Notes under the pieces: generated by a model
The model's database searches: none
What the model saw: only the letters and a program-made list of their open reading frames with translations
What the model was told of the DNA's origin: nothing
Shown: positions 62,767 to 64,000 of the stretch, one piece after another
How positions within the stretch are numbered: the first letter of the stretch is position 1
Layout: each line of letters opens with the position of its first letter
Source: Candidatus Bathyarchaeota archaeon
GTDB taxonomy: Archaea > Thermoproteota > Bathyarchaeia > Bathyarchaeales > Bathycorpusculaceae
Assembly (NCBI GenBank): GCA_963833575.1
Contig: CAWHXY010000004.1
Coordinates: forward strand, 1-64,000
Direction of reading: 5' to 3'
Length of the DNA stretch: 64,000 nucleotides
Translations under genes and position numbers: made by a program

Positions 62767-64000
62767 TTAGGAAGAATCTGACGTTTCGTCAGAATTTGCT
62801 TTTTTACCTGTTGTCTCATTTCTCTTTTTACGCCTTGACAGCTTTTGCAAAGACGGAAAGAGTATAGACGTTCTTGCTCGAATGATCTTTCTTGTTTCAA
62901 GGCTAGCATGAGATTTTGTCATCAGCTTTTCTATCTCCATCTTGCTTCTTTCTAGTCTTTCGGTGAATTCTATATCAGAAATCTTCCCTTCTGACCTTAA
63001 CCTTTGAACCTCTTCTATAGATGAAGATATTTTTTCGAATTCCTCATCGAGCGCAGTTTCCTTAAAAGCATCTGAATCAGGTATTTTACGCCTCACGTAA
63101 CGGAATAGGATAGGCACCTGGATCATGATTGAAATAAAAGCGACGCCAAAAACCATTGTGTTTATTGTGTGTAAATCGGTTTGAGAAATGACTGCTGAAG
63201 TAGTAATTGTGGCTGCAAGCGCGATTGAAAGGGCACCTCTAACTCCACCTAACATAGCGACGTTGGCCCAAATGAGTGACATTTTTCCGCTAATCTTTCT
63301 AAAAAAGGCGAATATCGGATAAACTGTGGCAGCTCTGGCTGCGGTAACAGCTGCAAAAGCAGCGACTATTATCACAAGTGATTGGGGAAAAGTTTTGATT
63401 ATGTTTGCTTGAAATCCTATAAGAAGAAAAGCTACCGAGTTACCAAGGAAGGCGGCTAACTCCCAAAAAATTGTTACAGCCTCTCTAGTAGCTGGCTCCA
63501 TTGCGGTTCGAATAGTATTATTTCCAAAGTATAATCCTGCAACAGCGACAGCAATTAGTCCAGATGCGCCAATGCCAGAGGCAAGCGCATAAGAGCCGTA
63601 AACAACTACGATTGTCAATATGGTTTCGGCAACTCTATCCTCAATTAAACTCGACAGGATTTCACCTACGAATGCAACGCCTAACCCAATTAAAACGCCA
63701 GCACCGAGGGTGAACCCAAAATTAAGAAATGAACCAACTAAAGTTATTTGCTGCAATCCTATCGACGAGAGTATTATGGTAAAAATAATGATTGCAGTAG
63801 CATCATTAAACGCTGCCTCAGTATCTAGGATCGTTGAAAGTTTGGATGGAACTTTCACGCGTCGAAACACTTCTAATACTGTCACGACATCGGTCGGAGC
63901 TATTAATGCAGCGAACAGAAAAGAAACATATGAAGAAAGACCAACTACTTTCCACAAAATCAATCCTCCAACTGAAGTTGCTATCAAAACACCAACGGTT
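62767..64000 (-). CDS. CPA1 Na+/H+ antiporter, 5' end beyond window
   Basis: APTD.V.V, E..FNDA, SG..A...AG, GG.RGA.S.ALA. Confidence 0.9.
   Translation of the reverse strand, partial: TVGVLIATSVGGLILWKVVGLSSYVSFLFAALIAPTDVVTVLEVFRRVKVPSKLSTILDTEAAFNDATAIIIFTIILSSIGLQQITLVGSFLNFGFTLGAGVLIGLGVAFVGEILSSLIEDRVAETILTIVVVYGSYALASGIGASGLIAVAVAGLYFGNNTIRTAMEPATREAVTIFWELAAFLGNSVAFLLIGFQANIIKTFPQSLVIIVAAFAAVTAARAATVYPIFAFFRKISGKMSLIWANVAMLGGVRGALSIALAATITTSAVISQTDLHTINTMVFGVAFISIMIQVPILFRYVRRKIPDSDAFKETALDEEFEKISSSIEEVQRLRSEGKISDIEFTERLERSKMEIEKLMTKSHASLETRKIIRARTSILFPSLQKLSRRKKRNETTGKKANSDETSDSS

Overview
Archaeal chromosomal window, most consistent with Bathyarchaeia/TACK. This rests on an archaeal 16S rRNA, pantoate kinase, SmAP-rpl37e, an eL22-like protein, PEF-CTERM proteins and a group II chaperonin; the taxonomy is inferred, not searched. 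1-5030 is the right end of an integrated mobile element: Orc1/Cdc6 initiator, AAA ATPase-wHTH, RHH regulator, intact tyrosine integrase and a 22-bp tRNA 3'-end att site. 5.2-21 kb is accessory transport, regulation and signalling. The stand-out locus is 21178-29148. It holds two very divergent tubulin/FtsZ-superfamily genes, one with an intact GGGTGSG motif, a ~450-aa coiled-coil insertion and an apparent ACG start, the other with degenerate GTP loops and a long acidic disordered N-terminus. A polytopic membrane/coiled-coil protein and a secreted single-pass protein flank them, making this a candidate membrane-remodelling/cytoskeletal system. Downstream lie an RHH-fused CblS-like protein, CoA genes, a core methionine synthase, stomatin/NfeD/HtrA with a phased TTGACA array, the pst/phoU cluster, PPK2, an unlinked 16S rRNA, metYXW with HTH-CBS, a motif-degenerate chaperonin, a blue copper protein and a partial Na+/H+ antiporter. 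Several unannotated small ORFs and repeats were found by reading the sequence. No CRISPR array or full tRNA was seen. All family calls come from motif recognition without database searches.
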